A stretch of 64,000 nucleotides of DNA from an uncultured Acidobacteriota bacterium. GTDB lineage: Bacteria > Acidobacteriota > UBA6911 > RPQK01 > JAPXNP01. The stretch lies in contig CAVZRV010000031.1 of assembly GCA_963777605.1 (NCBI GenBank), forward strand, positions 128,001-192,000, in the 5' to 3' direction. Below the pieces are notes generated by a model, which saw only the letters and a program-made list of their open reading frames with translations, did not search any database and was not told where the DNA came from. Below, in pieces: positions 55,481-64,000 of this stretch; positions within the stretch are counted from its first letter, which is position 1; the number at the start of each line of letters is the position of its first letter. Both the position numbers and the translations under genes were made by a program.

Positions 55481-55824
55481 GGCACTGTCAAGTTGATGGG
55501 CTCGTTGAGAAAATACAGGAATGAACTCGCTCTACAAAGGTCATCATTTTCCTGCTGAGATGATTGGTTGTGAAGATTCAGGGCCAACGGTCCTCTCTTT
55601 GGAGAGCAGTCGATCAGGATGGCGATGTTCTCGACATCCTGGTAACCAGGAGGCGAAACACGAAAGCAGCTAAGCGGTTCTTTCGTCGCCTCTTGAAGGG
55701 GGCAAGGCTCTGTTTCCAACAGGGGCTCGTTACCGACAAACTGGGCAGCTGCCGTGCCCCTCATCGAGAGTTCCTCCCGTCAGTTCCCCTTTTCTCGCCC
55801 TCAGCGAGTTAAGTTGACAGTACC
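55481..55824 (+). mobile_element. Internally deleted IS6 derivative
   Basis: First about 200 bp near-identical to the 14283 copy, including the same deletion; right end TTAAGTTGACAGTACC. Confidence 0.85.
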
Positions 55825-56177
55825 CGCTCCACTCTTCAATGAAGGCAATGGTACAGTGAGTCGTTTCACGGCGGTCTCCTGGGGGTAGCGAGTCAGATTG
55901 AAAAGGTCGATTAGGCGACGGGTTGGGCGAGTCATCGTGGACTCTCCTCGAGTCGCGTTGTTGATGAGCCATCGTCGCAACGAGGGGGTTTTTGGGGGCC
56001 TGCAGGATCCATGTTGGTTTCTTCGGGGGATCTGTGAAGAGCGTAAATCGTTGTTAGGAAAGCGTTTGCTTGGTACAGAAATCGCTCAATGGCTGCTACT
56101 GCGCTACGCTGCCGGGCAGCAAACAATCCAATTGCCTTCGTGGAGGGCATCCAAATGAATCATCGAACGGAATCCAA

Positions 56178-58398
56178 ATGAACCATCGACGAACTCTCGC
56201 CTGGGGTTTAGCCCTGCTGTGCCTGCTTACCGCCTCCAACGCCGCTGCCGAAGACGAGCGACTGACGCTCGACTGGATATACAGCGACGAGGGCAAAACC
56301 GCGACGGCGATGCCGGAAGTCGTGTGGATCGACTCGGGCCAGGCCCTGCTCTACGATCAGCAACCCCCTAAAGCGGAACGAACGATCGAGTCCTTCGATC
56401 CTGGAGCGCGGATACGCGGGTGAAGCAGGTCGATCCGAAGAAAGCCCTCGCAAGCCTCACGGATCTGCTCGAGCCCGAAGAGCCGCTCGAGGAGCTCGGT
56501 TGGCCGGACGCCATCGACCCGAAGGGGCACTGGGGCGCCTACGTGAAGGAAGACGTCTCTTCCTACTCGATCTCGACAGCTCGGAGTTCGTCGCGGTCAG
56601 CGTCACCGACGCGGAGGAGAAGTCACCCCACTTTTCACCCGACGGCAGCCAGTTCGCCTTCGTGCGCGCCAACGATCTCTACCTCTACGACCTCGAAACC
56701 CGCAAGACCAAACGGCTGACCGAGGACGGCACCGACAGCCTCCTGAATGGCACCGTCTCGTGGGTCTACTGGGAGGAGATCTTCGGCCGGGCCGATCGGG
56801 GCTACGAGTGGGCCCCGGACTCGAAGTCGATCGCCTACCTACAGACGGATGAGTCTGCCGTCGGTCTCGCGAGTTTCGTCGATTTCGAGCCCAACCTTCC
56901 GAGAGTCATCCATCAGCGCTACCCGAAGACCGGTGAGGCCAATCCGCGCGTGCGCGCAGGCGTGCTCGATCTCGACAGTGGCAAGACGACCTGGGTTGAC
57001 CTGGGGGTCTACCCCTACGAGTATCTGGTGCGCATGAACTGGCTCGCCGATAGCACGCGGCTCGCGGTTCAGACCCTCGACCGCCCCCAGACGACTCTCG
57101 ACCTGTTCCTGGTCGATGCGGCGACGGGCAAGGTGAGTCACCTGCTCCGCGAGACCGATCCCGGCTGGGTTAATATCAACGACGACCTCCACTTCCTGGA
57201 CGACGACAGCGGCTTCTTATGGGTCTCAGAACGGACCGGCTACTCCCATCTCTATCTCTATGACATGACCGGCAAGCTGGTGCGGCAGGTGACCCAGGGA
57301 GACTGGGCACTTCGTGCCTCCGCCGCCGTCTTCTGGGCCCGCAAGGCCGTCGCTCACGTGGAAGGGGATCAAGTCTTCTTCACCGCACTCGAGGCGTCGT
57401 CGATCGAGAAGCATCTGTACCGGATCGCGCTGGACGGCACCGGGATGAAGCGCCTCTCCGCCGAGAAGGGAACCCATCGGATCCTCTTCCGGCCCGACGG
57501 CAAGTACTACCTCGACGAGCACTCCGCGAACGAGCGGCTCCCAGAGCTGGTTCTGCGCCGTGCCGACGGTGTGGCCGTCCGGACGGTGTCGACATCGCAA
57601 CAGGATCGGCTCGAGCCTTTCAATCTCCAGCCGCGCCAGTTGTTCGAGATCGAGGCCGCAGACGGCTTCCATATGCCGGCGATGATGCTCAGACCGCGCG
57701 GTTTCGACCCCACGAAGAAGTACCCGGTCGTCATCTATGTATACGGCGGCCCCTCGGCGCCGACCGTCTCAGATAGCTGGGCCGGAACGCCTCGAAACTA
57801 TGTCGAGCAGATGCTAGCCGACCGCGGATATGTCGTGCTCTACGTCGACAATCGCAGCGCAACGGCAATCAGCAAGTCACTCGAGAACCGGATCCTCGGC
57901 GACGGCTACGGCTCGGTCGAGCTAGGGGATCTGCTGGACGCCGTCACGTGGCTCAAGGCACAGCCCTACGTCGACCCGGAACGCGTCGGCATCTGGGGCT
58001 GGAGCGGCGGCGGCTCGTACACCCTGCTCGCGATGACCAGCTCGCAGGAATTCCGCGCGGGAGTCGCTGTCGCGGCAGTCACCGATTGGCGCTACTACGA
58101 CACGATCTGGGCCGAGGCCTACATGAAGCGGCCACAGGACAACCCTGAGGGCTACGAGAAAACCTCCCACGCCGAGCGGGCCAAGAATCTCCACGGCCGA
58201 CTCCTGCTGGTTCACGGCACTTACGACGACAACGTGCACCCGCAAAACGCCTGGCGTTTCACCGACGAACTCATCAAGGCCGGGATTACATTCGACATGA
58301 TGATCTACCCGATGCGCAAGCATCCGATCAAAGACGACGAGGCGCAAATACACCTGTACCGGACGATGCTCGAGTTCTGGGAGCGGAATCTGCACTGA
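56178..58398 (+). CDS. S9B dipeptidyl peptidase IV family, frameshifted in the 5' part
   Basis: WVYWEE, YPKTG, YGGP, GWSGGG nucleophile, DDNVH, YPMRKH. Confidence 0.92.
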
Positions 58399-58780
58399 GG
58401 ACGATCTCAGCTTCGTCTGCTTCGAAAGGCTCAGGACCTTCTGGAATTGACGGTGCGGACTGGAACGTCGATGGCGGATCGGTAATCGTACACAGCAGCC
58501 GAAGAGCGGAGTCGGCCGTCCGTAGCGAATGTCATCCGAGAGCTGGCCACTGAACGTGCTGACGGCGATTTCAGAAAGCCCAAAGACGAACATCGCCTGG
58601 AAGCGCAGGTCCTGCGAGTGTTCCCTTTCTGGCCACCCCTAATCTGTTCGCCTTCAGGCCAAGATAACAATATCTTTCTCGAAATGGGTTGGGGCGCATT
58701 GTAAAGCGGCGGCTGTCAGGCAGTCGGGGTTGACTCTAACAGTGAGGGAGATTAGCGTGCAGTTCGGAGGCACGATTTTT

Positions 58781-60205
58781 ATGGGGCAGACTCGATTTGC
58801 TGTCAAGGGGATGATCCTGGTCGCATGCATGCTTGTGGCTTGCGCGGCCCTCTTCACGGGTTTCATCGGCTTTTCCACCGGCCGACCCGTCATGCAAAAG
58901 CAGACCACACCAAATTTCGTGATCATTTTTCTTGATGATTCCGGATGGGCGGATTTCAGGCCGTTCGGGAATCCAAGATACCCGACCCCCAGTGTCGATC
59001 GGCTGGCGTCGGAAGGCTCTCTATTTCGCAACTTCTACGTCCCCCAAGCGATTTGTTCCGCCTCGCGAGCCGCACTGCTGACCGGGTGCTTTCCGGGCCG
59101 AACGAAAATGTTTGGCGCGCACGGCCCCAATGCGCGAGGGGTAGACCCGAAGTTTGCCACCATCGGAGAAGTCCTGCGGCGCGCAGGGTATGCCACTGCC
59201 GTCTTCGGGAAATGGCACATCGGAGATCAACCGGAGACGCGTCCACCGGCCCGCGGCTTCGATGAATCAAGTGGACTGATGTATTCCAACGACATGTGGA
59301 AATATCATCCCGAGGATCCGGAATACTGGGGGAAATATCCGCTGCGGTACTGGGAAAACGGAAAAGTCACCATTCCGGAGGTGACTCCGAAAGATCAGAT
59401 GATGCTCACCACCTGGTACACGGAAAATGCGGTCGATTTCATCGAGCGGAACAATAACCGTCCGTTCTTCCTGTACGTGCCACACAACATGTCCCATGTT
59501 CCTCTGTTCGTGAGTAAAAAGTTCCGCGGCAAATCGGGTGTGGGCCTCTACGGGGACGTCATGATGGAGCTCGACTGGTCAGTAGGCCAAATCATGGAGG
59601 CGCTGAAAAGAAACGGCCTCGAGGGGAATACCATGGTCATCTTCTCGTCGGATAACGGGCCCTGGTCGGTGTACGGCGATCATGCCGGAACAACCCCGTT
59701 TCGGGAAGCGAAGGGCACCTCGTTTGATGGTGGTGTTCGATCAGCGACCATCATGAAATACCCGGGAGCGATTCCGGCAGGCATCGTATCTGAGTCCGCA
59801 CTCTGCTCCATCGATATCCTGCCAACGATTGCGTACCTGGCTGGCGCCGATTTGCCGGAGAATCAGATCGATGGTTTAAACGTGTGGAAGCTGATCTCGA
59901 ATCAGCCCAAGGCGCGGAACCCGCATGCCTATTACCCGCTGTCCACCGGGGAACACTTCGAAGGGATTATCTCGGGCGACGGAAAGTGGAAATTGCACCT
60001 TCCTCACTCGTACAGGCACGTGGTGCAGTACGGTGAGGACGGCTTCGCGGGTAAATACGCGCAACAAGAGCAAGAGTTGGCGCTCTATGACATGGAAGCC
60101 GATCCTTACGAACGGATGAATGTGATTGGGGATCATCCCGACATCGCCGAACAGCTCGAACGACTTGCCGAACAGCACCGGCAGGAGTTCTATGCCGGAG
60201 AATAG
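58781..60205 (+). CDS. Sulfatase (Cys-type arylsulfatase)
   Basis: PNFVIIFLDD, CSASRAALLTG, GKWHIG, SDNG. Confidence 0.93.
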   Translation: MGQTRFAVKGMILVACMLVACAALFTGFIGFSTGRPVMQKQTTPNFVIIFLDDSGWADFRPFGNPRYPTPSVDRLASEGSLFRNFYVPQAICSASRAALLTGCFPGRTKMFGAHGPNARGVDPKFATIGEVLRRAGYATAVFGKWHIGDQPETRPPARGFDESSGLMYSNDMWKYHPEDPEYWGKYPLRYWENGKVTIPEVTPKDQMMLTTWYTENAVDFIERNNNRPFFLYVPHNMSHVPLFVSKKFRGKSGVGLYGDVMMELDWSVGQIMEALKRNGLEGNTMVIFSSDNGPWSVYGDHAGTTPFREAKGTSFDGGVRSATIMKYPGAIPAGIVSESALCSIDILPTIAYLAGADLPENQIDGLNVWKLISNQPKARNPHAYYPLSTGEHFEGIISGDGKWKLHLPHSYRHVVQYGEDGFAGKYAQQEQELALYDMEADPYERMNVIGDHPDIAEQLERLAEQHRQEFYAGE

Positions 60206-60210
60206 AGCCC

Positions 60211-60325
60211 GAAGAAGTCGTCCAAACGATAAAACGAAACCTGAAGGTTGAGTGGGTCGAAGCGCAACGCGAAGACGTGAAAGCCGGGATTTGCGCAGCA
60301 GTAAATGGCGTTCTCCGGGTGACAC
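60211..60325 (+). pseudogene. Short remnant resembling type I restriction HsdR C-terminus (DUF3387)
   Basis: EVVQTIKRNLKVEWVEAQREDVKAGICAAVNGVLR. Confidence 0.45.
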
Positions 60326-60427
60326 ATGTCGGATCGCTTCCATAGGTTGAATGTTCTGAAAGCCCTGCGGTAGGGACACTGGCCTCTCACGGAGCCTGGA
60401 TTTTACGAGCAACGTCCCTGGAACCAC

Positions 60428-60700
60428 ATGCCCAGCACCGAGGACAGAAAGATCACTTTTCAGCGTTTGAAGGAAATTTACGAAGTGAGCAGATATCCGA
60501 AAGGAAGATCGGTTGACGGGAAAGAATTTGTACCTCTCGAAAATCGTCGTCCTGACTTGAGTTTCATGATCGAGCGTGAAGAATCTTTAGAGCTGGAAAA
60601 ATACCGGGAGAGGCTGGACGAGATGATTAGAGACTATGCGAAAGTAAATGACCTGGAGGATTTTGCAGGTCGGCAAAGTGAAATCGACTATGATGAATAG
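60428..60700 (+). CDS. Hypothetical protein
   Basis: 90-aa ATG ORF with charged, protein-like composition. Confidence 0.4.
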   Translation: MPSTEDRKITFQRLKEIYEVSRYPKGRSVDGKEFVPLENRRPDLSFMIEREESLELEKYRERLDEMIRDYAKVNDLEDFAGRQSEIDYDE

Positions 60701-60833
60701 CTAATCGTCGTAGTTGTCGTTGGCGTGCCTCAAAGCTGGATCGCAGACCTTTCTGGCTTGCAGACTCCTAGCCCTTGCTGTACATGAGACTCTTAATACT
60801 GTCCAGCAACGTGACCGGGTGAAGGGAGGCTTG

Positions 60834-61852
60834 ATGAAGAAAGGGCATGATCCCCTGAAGCTGTATGACGGGCTGTCCGGAGCGATGCCCTTTGTCTCCT
60901 CTTTTCTCGATGCCTCCGCCGTGATCCACCTCGCTGTTCTGAGCCCCGACGGCGGGATGCGGCTAGTAAACCGGACGCTTGCCGACTGCCTCAAGGCAAG
61001 TCCGGAGGAGTTGGCAGGCCAGAGTTTTCTGGATTTCTTGACCACCCCGGACGGAGAGACTTTGACCCGTCGGCTTGCGTCGCCGGACGCCTCGTGCGAC
61101 GAAGAATTCCTCTTGAATGTAATCGACACCGACCAGATTCCGCATTCTCTTCGCTTCCGGATTGCGGCCATCGAGGGCGGCTTTCTCGTGCTGGGCGAGC
61201 CCCCGCAGCTGGAATCGTGCTGCGCAAGGACTTCCATATCTTCACCACCTCAGATGTCAGGGAGGCCCAAGACCTGTTTGCCTCAGAGACGCTCTTCTCT
61301 ATGGTCATTTCCGATCAGCGGATGCCGGTGATGACCGGAGCGGAGCTTCTTGCCAGGGTGGCCGAAATCAGCCCCGATACCGCCCGCATCCTTCTCACCG
61401 GCTACGCCGATATCGAAGCCGTTATCGAGGCGGTCAACCAGGGGCAGATCATTCACTATATAACTAAACCCTGGGATGCGGACAGATTGCTTTCCCTGCT
61501 CAAACCCATCGCCGAAAGGCATGCCCTGCTGCAGGAAAACCGGAAACTTATCCGGCAGCTGGCCGAGATCAATGCACTCTCAAATGATTCTGCGGCACGG
61601 ATTGAAGACTTGGAAAAGGTACGATCAACCGTCGAGTGTGAAAACCAGACCCTGAAGGCAGCCTACAAGCAGTTGGATACATCGTTCTGGCACCTGCGCA
61701 AGATCCAGGAGGTCCTCCCCATCTGCATGGGATGCCGCAAGGTCAAGACTGCCGATGCCTCCTGGGAGGATGTGGTCAGCTTTCTGAAAAATAACTCAAT
61801 GTTTCTGAGCCATGGCTATTGTCCGGACTGTGAACAAAGATTACTGGAGTAG
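60834..61852 (+). pseudogene. PAS-domain protein joined by deletion/frameshift to a response regulator
   Basis: PAS-like VNRTLADCL..EELAGQSFLDFL; receiver VISDQRMP..LLTGYAD..YITKPW lacking its N-terminus; C-terminal LPICMGCRK..SHGYCPDC. Confidence 0.7.
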
Positions 61853-61894
61853 TGCCCAGGATACATCCACCGGTTGAAAAAGGAGGAGGACTCC

Positions 61895-62050
61895 ATGCCA
61901 ACAACACCTGTGAATCAGGCAAAAACCGCACCACCGAAAACTGCACCTGAAAAGGACACGGTCCTCGCAGACGCCCTGCGCCGGGAATATCTGCAGGAGA
62001 TCCTGGCAGGCAGGCGTAAAACCGCCCTGGAACTTCATTTTGGAGATGAA
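61895..62050 (+). pseudogene. Possible B12-binding cap-domain protein remnant
   Basis: LRREYLQEILAGRRKTALEL after a strong AGGAGG RBS; resemblance stops abruptly. Confidence 0.3.
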
Positions 62051-62651
62051 CTGGAAGAACTGGAGAAGTTGGGTGCGTCCAGTGTGAGATTGGGGCCTCG
62101 AAAGCGAATCCAGGGAAGGATTGCGCGCCGAAGGCGCAAACTCATTCTGAGCCCGGGGCAACCGCCCCGGGACTCGGTTGATTGGATCGCAAAGTAGCGC
62201 TGAAAGCGCGATTCAAATACCCCCAGAGGCGTAACTTCGCCTCTCGGATTCCTTTGGGCCCGTGAATCTCGCACGTGGCCGGAGCGGGACTGAATCGCAC
62301 TTTCAGTGCTGCATTGCCGTCTCGGCTCCCATTCCCGGATAAACCGGGCATGGAGAGCCAGCAGCCGGCGCAACTGTTCCAAAGATTCGTCTTTCTGGGA
62401 AGCCACCGACTGGGCATTGTCGAGAAACGCCCCCGAACCATGTCGAGTACGTCTATCAAATTGGCCCACCGGCAACTCCGAATGACAAAAATCACTGACA
62501 ACCCAGGGCTCTCCAGTCCATCATCCATTCCGGATTGGAGAAACTCTTCGGGCAATGAATCCTGCCCACACTCCAGATTTGTTGCGGGAGCCTCGTTCCC
62601 GCCTGAGCAACACTGAGCCAACGCTTCGGACGATGCCACTTCGGGAGTCAA

Positions 62652-63386
62652 GTGAAGAACACAGAATCCGGGTCGAATCGGCTGACCAGTAAACCCGCTG
62701 AGGTCTTGGCACGGGTGCGCCTGTTTCGGGGGCTGGGGGCCGAAGAATGTACAGAGGTCATCAGTCTTGCCCGTGTTGTCCCTATGGGAGCCAATCAGTA
62801 CTTCTTCAGTCAAGGCCAGGCGGCGACCGTCCTGTTTGTGCTGCTCGCCGGAAAGGTAAAGGTTAGTCAAATCAATGCAGAAGGTCATCAGATCGTACTT
62901 CGCTATGTAGGCGCAGGCGAGACGTTCGGCTGCGTCCCCCTCTATGGAGGCACCGAGTATCCGGCCACCGCCGAAACCGTCACTCGATGTCGAGCGCTTG
63001 GATGGGACCGCCCTGTAATGGATCGTCTCATGAAGAACTATCCGATCATCACTCTCAACGCGCTGGAACTCCTGGGTGAGGAGTTGTCCGAGCTCCGCAC
63101 CCGCTACATGGAGCTCTCCACTGAACGAGTGGAACGACGGGTTGCGCGAGCGCTGCTCCGATTGGTGAATCAAGCCGGTCGGAAGGTCGACGAAGGTGTG
63201 CTGATTGACTTCCCGCTTTCCCGTCAAGATCTTGGAGAGATCACAGGGACGACCCTCCACACGGTAAGCCGCATCGTCAGCCGCTGGGAAGAGGCGGGGA
63301 TTGTCGCCACCGGCAGGCGACGATTCGTGATCCGCCGACCGCACGGACTCGTTTCGATCGCCGAAGACCTGGAACGAAGAGAATAA
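62652..63386 (+). CDS. Crp/Fnr family regulator, NnrR-like
   Basis: GETFG, YPATAE, TERVERRVARALLRL, FPLSRQDLGEITGTTLHTVSR. Confidence 0.9.
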   Translation: MKNTESGSNRLTSKPAEVLARVRLFRGLGAEECTEVISLARVVPMGANQYFFSQGQAATVLFVLLAGKVKVSQINAEGHQIVLRYVGAGETFGCVPLYGGTEYPATAETVTRCRALGWDRPVMDRLMKNYPIITLNALELLGEELSELRTRYMELSTERVERRVARALLRLVNQAGRKVDEGVLIDFPLSRQDLGEITGTTLHTVSRIVSRWEEAGIVATGRRRFVIRRPHGLVSIAEDLERRE

Positions 63387-63522
63387 CGCCCTTCTGTGAC
63401 CCCAAATGCCCGGAAATCACCGATCGCTGAGAAGGATATTTGACCGGTCAGGAGCGACCGCATGAGAGCGCAGCCTGTTGTGATCCCAAAACCCCCAACT
63501 TCCCAAGATAAATTCCTGCAGT

Positions 63523-63536
63523 TTGACCGCGCGCAA
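63523..63536 (+). promoter_or_regulatory. Candidate NnrR/FNR-type box
   Basis: TTGACCGCGCGCAA (TTG-N8-CAA, right half cgCAAag) upstream of the DUF1858 gene. Confidence 0.55.
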
Positions 63537-63562
63537 AGAACCGCGACTCAAGTTCCTCTATC

Positions 63563-63835
63563 GTGGCAATTGAAGTGAAGGAAACGACGAGCGAAAACAT
63601 TCCCACCTCTGCCTGGACGGTCTCCGACGTCATCGCCCGATGTCCGGAGTCGATCTCGGTCTTGAACGGTCTCCGAATGGCATGCGTGGGATGCGTCATG
63701 GGGCCGTTCGAAACTTTGGGCGAGGCGGCCGAAGCCCATGATCTCGACCCCGAAAGGCTCATGGAAAGAATTCTTGAAGCCCAGGAACTCAGGAAAATGA
63801 ATCGTGCGACGCGGAAGATCAAGCGCTCGAGATAG
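63563..63835 (+). CDS. DUF1858 domain protein
   Basis: TVSDVIARCPE..MACVGC..FETLGEAAEAH. Confidence 0.8.
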   Translation: MAIEVKETTSENIPTSAWTVSDVIARCPESISVLNGLRMACVGCVMGPFETLGEAAEAHDLDPERLMERILEAQELRKMNRATRKIKRSR

Positions 63836-63904
63836 ACAGATTAGAGACACGGCCCTGGAGGACCGGCGCTCGGGAAATTCTCACTCAGGAAGGAAGGATA
63901 GACG

Positions 63905-64000
63905 ATGGCTTTCGTTATCACTGAGCCCTGTATCGGAGTGAAGGACACGGCATGTGTGGATGCCTGCCCAGTGGACTGTATTCACCCTCGCGCCGACGAA
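63905..64000 (+). CDS. fdxA: Ferredoxin (7Fe/dicluster FdxA type), partial at window end
   Basis: MAFVITEPCIGVKDTACVDACPVDCIHP. Confidence 0.9.
   Translation, partial: MAFVITEPCIGVKDTACVDACPVDCIHPRADE

Noticed and set aside
11662-56560. Programmed frameshifting or phase variation as the cause of split genes
   Set aside because: Indels are numerous, scattered and not tied to slippery motifs or long repeats; sequencing error or decay is simpler
58600-58640. Possible Tn3-like end (GGGGTGGCCAGAAAGG on the minus strand)
   Set aside because: Lacks the internal TAAG signature and has no partner repeat in the window
62142-63344. 400-aa minus-strand ORF
   Set aside because: Antisense to the Crp/Fnr gene
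1-64000. CRISPR array or rRNA
   Set aside because: No regularly spaced repeat-spacer units, cas genes or rRNA signatures seen

Overview
64-kb accessory region, most likely from an Acidobacteriota genome (GWxTD protein, CRTAC1/ASPIC-UnbV plus TPR genes, Oar-type TonB-dependent receptor). Many genes are broken by single-base indels, probably long-read assembly error in part. Left (1-14.7 kb): remnant of an integrative/conjugative element (Replic_Relax-like nuclease, VirD4-like coupling protein, VirB11/CpaF ATPase, RepB'-type primase, hairpin-rich non-coding segment), an intact IS6, a tRNA-Arg(UCU) 3'-half att site and gene fragments. Centre (14.7-55.5 kb): a catabolic island between two related internally deleted IS6 derivatives. 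It carries five mostly exported nucleoside hydrolases, ribokinase, phosphopentomutase, a GRP sugar transporter, a TonB receptor, MtnK and two MtnA, a DeepYkr-type RuBisCO-like protein downstream of an atypical two-subunit transketolase, and a corrinoid methyltransferase set (MtaC, MtaB, URO-D/MtaA-family). The main hypothesis is an undescribed pathway for scavenging methylated or methylthio nucleosides with corrinoid-dependent methyl capture. Right (55.8-64 kb): DPP-IV peptidase, sulfatase, signalling remnants and an NnrR-like regulator with a matching box upstream of DUF1858 and ferredoxin. No CRISPR array, rRNA or intact tRNA was seen. All family assignments are from motif recognition by eye; no searches were run.
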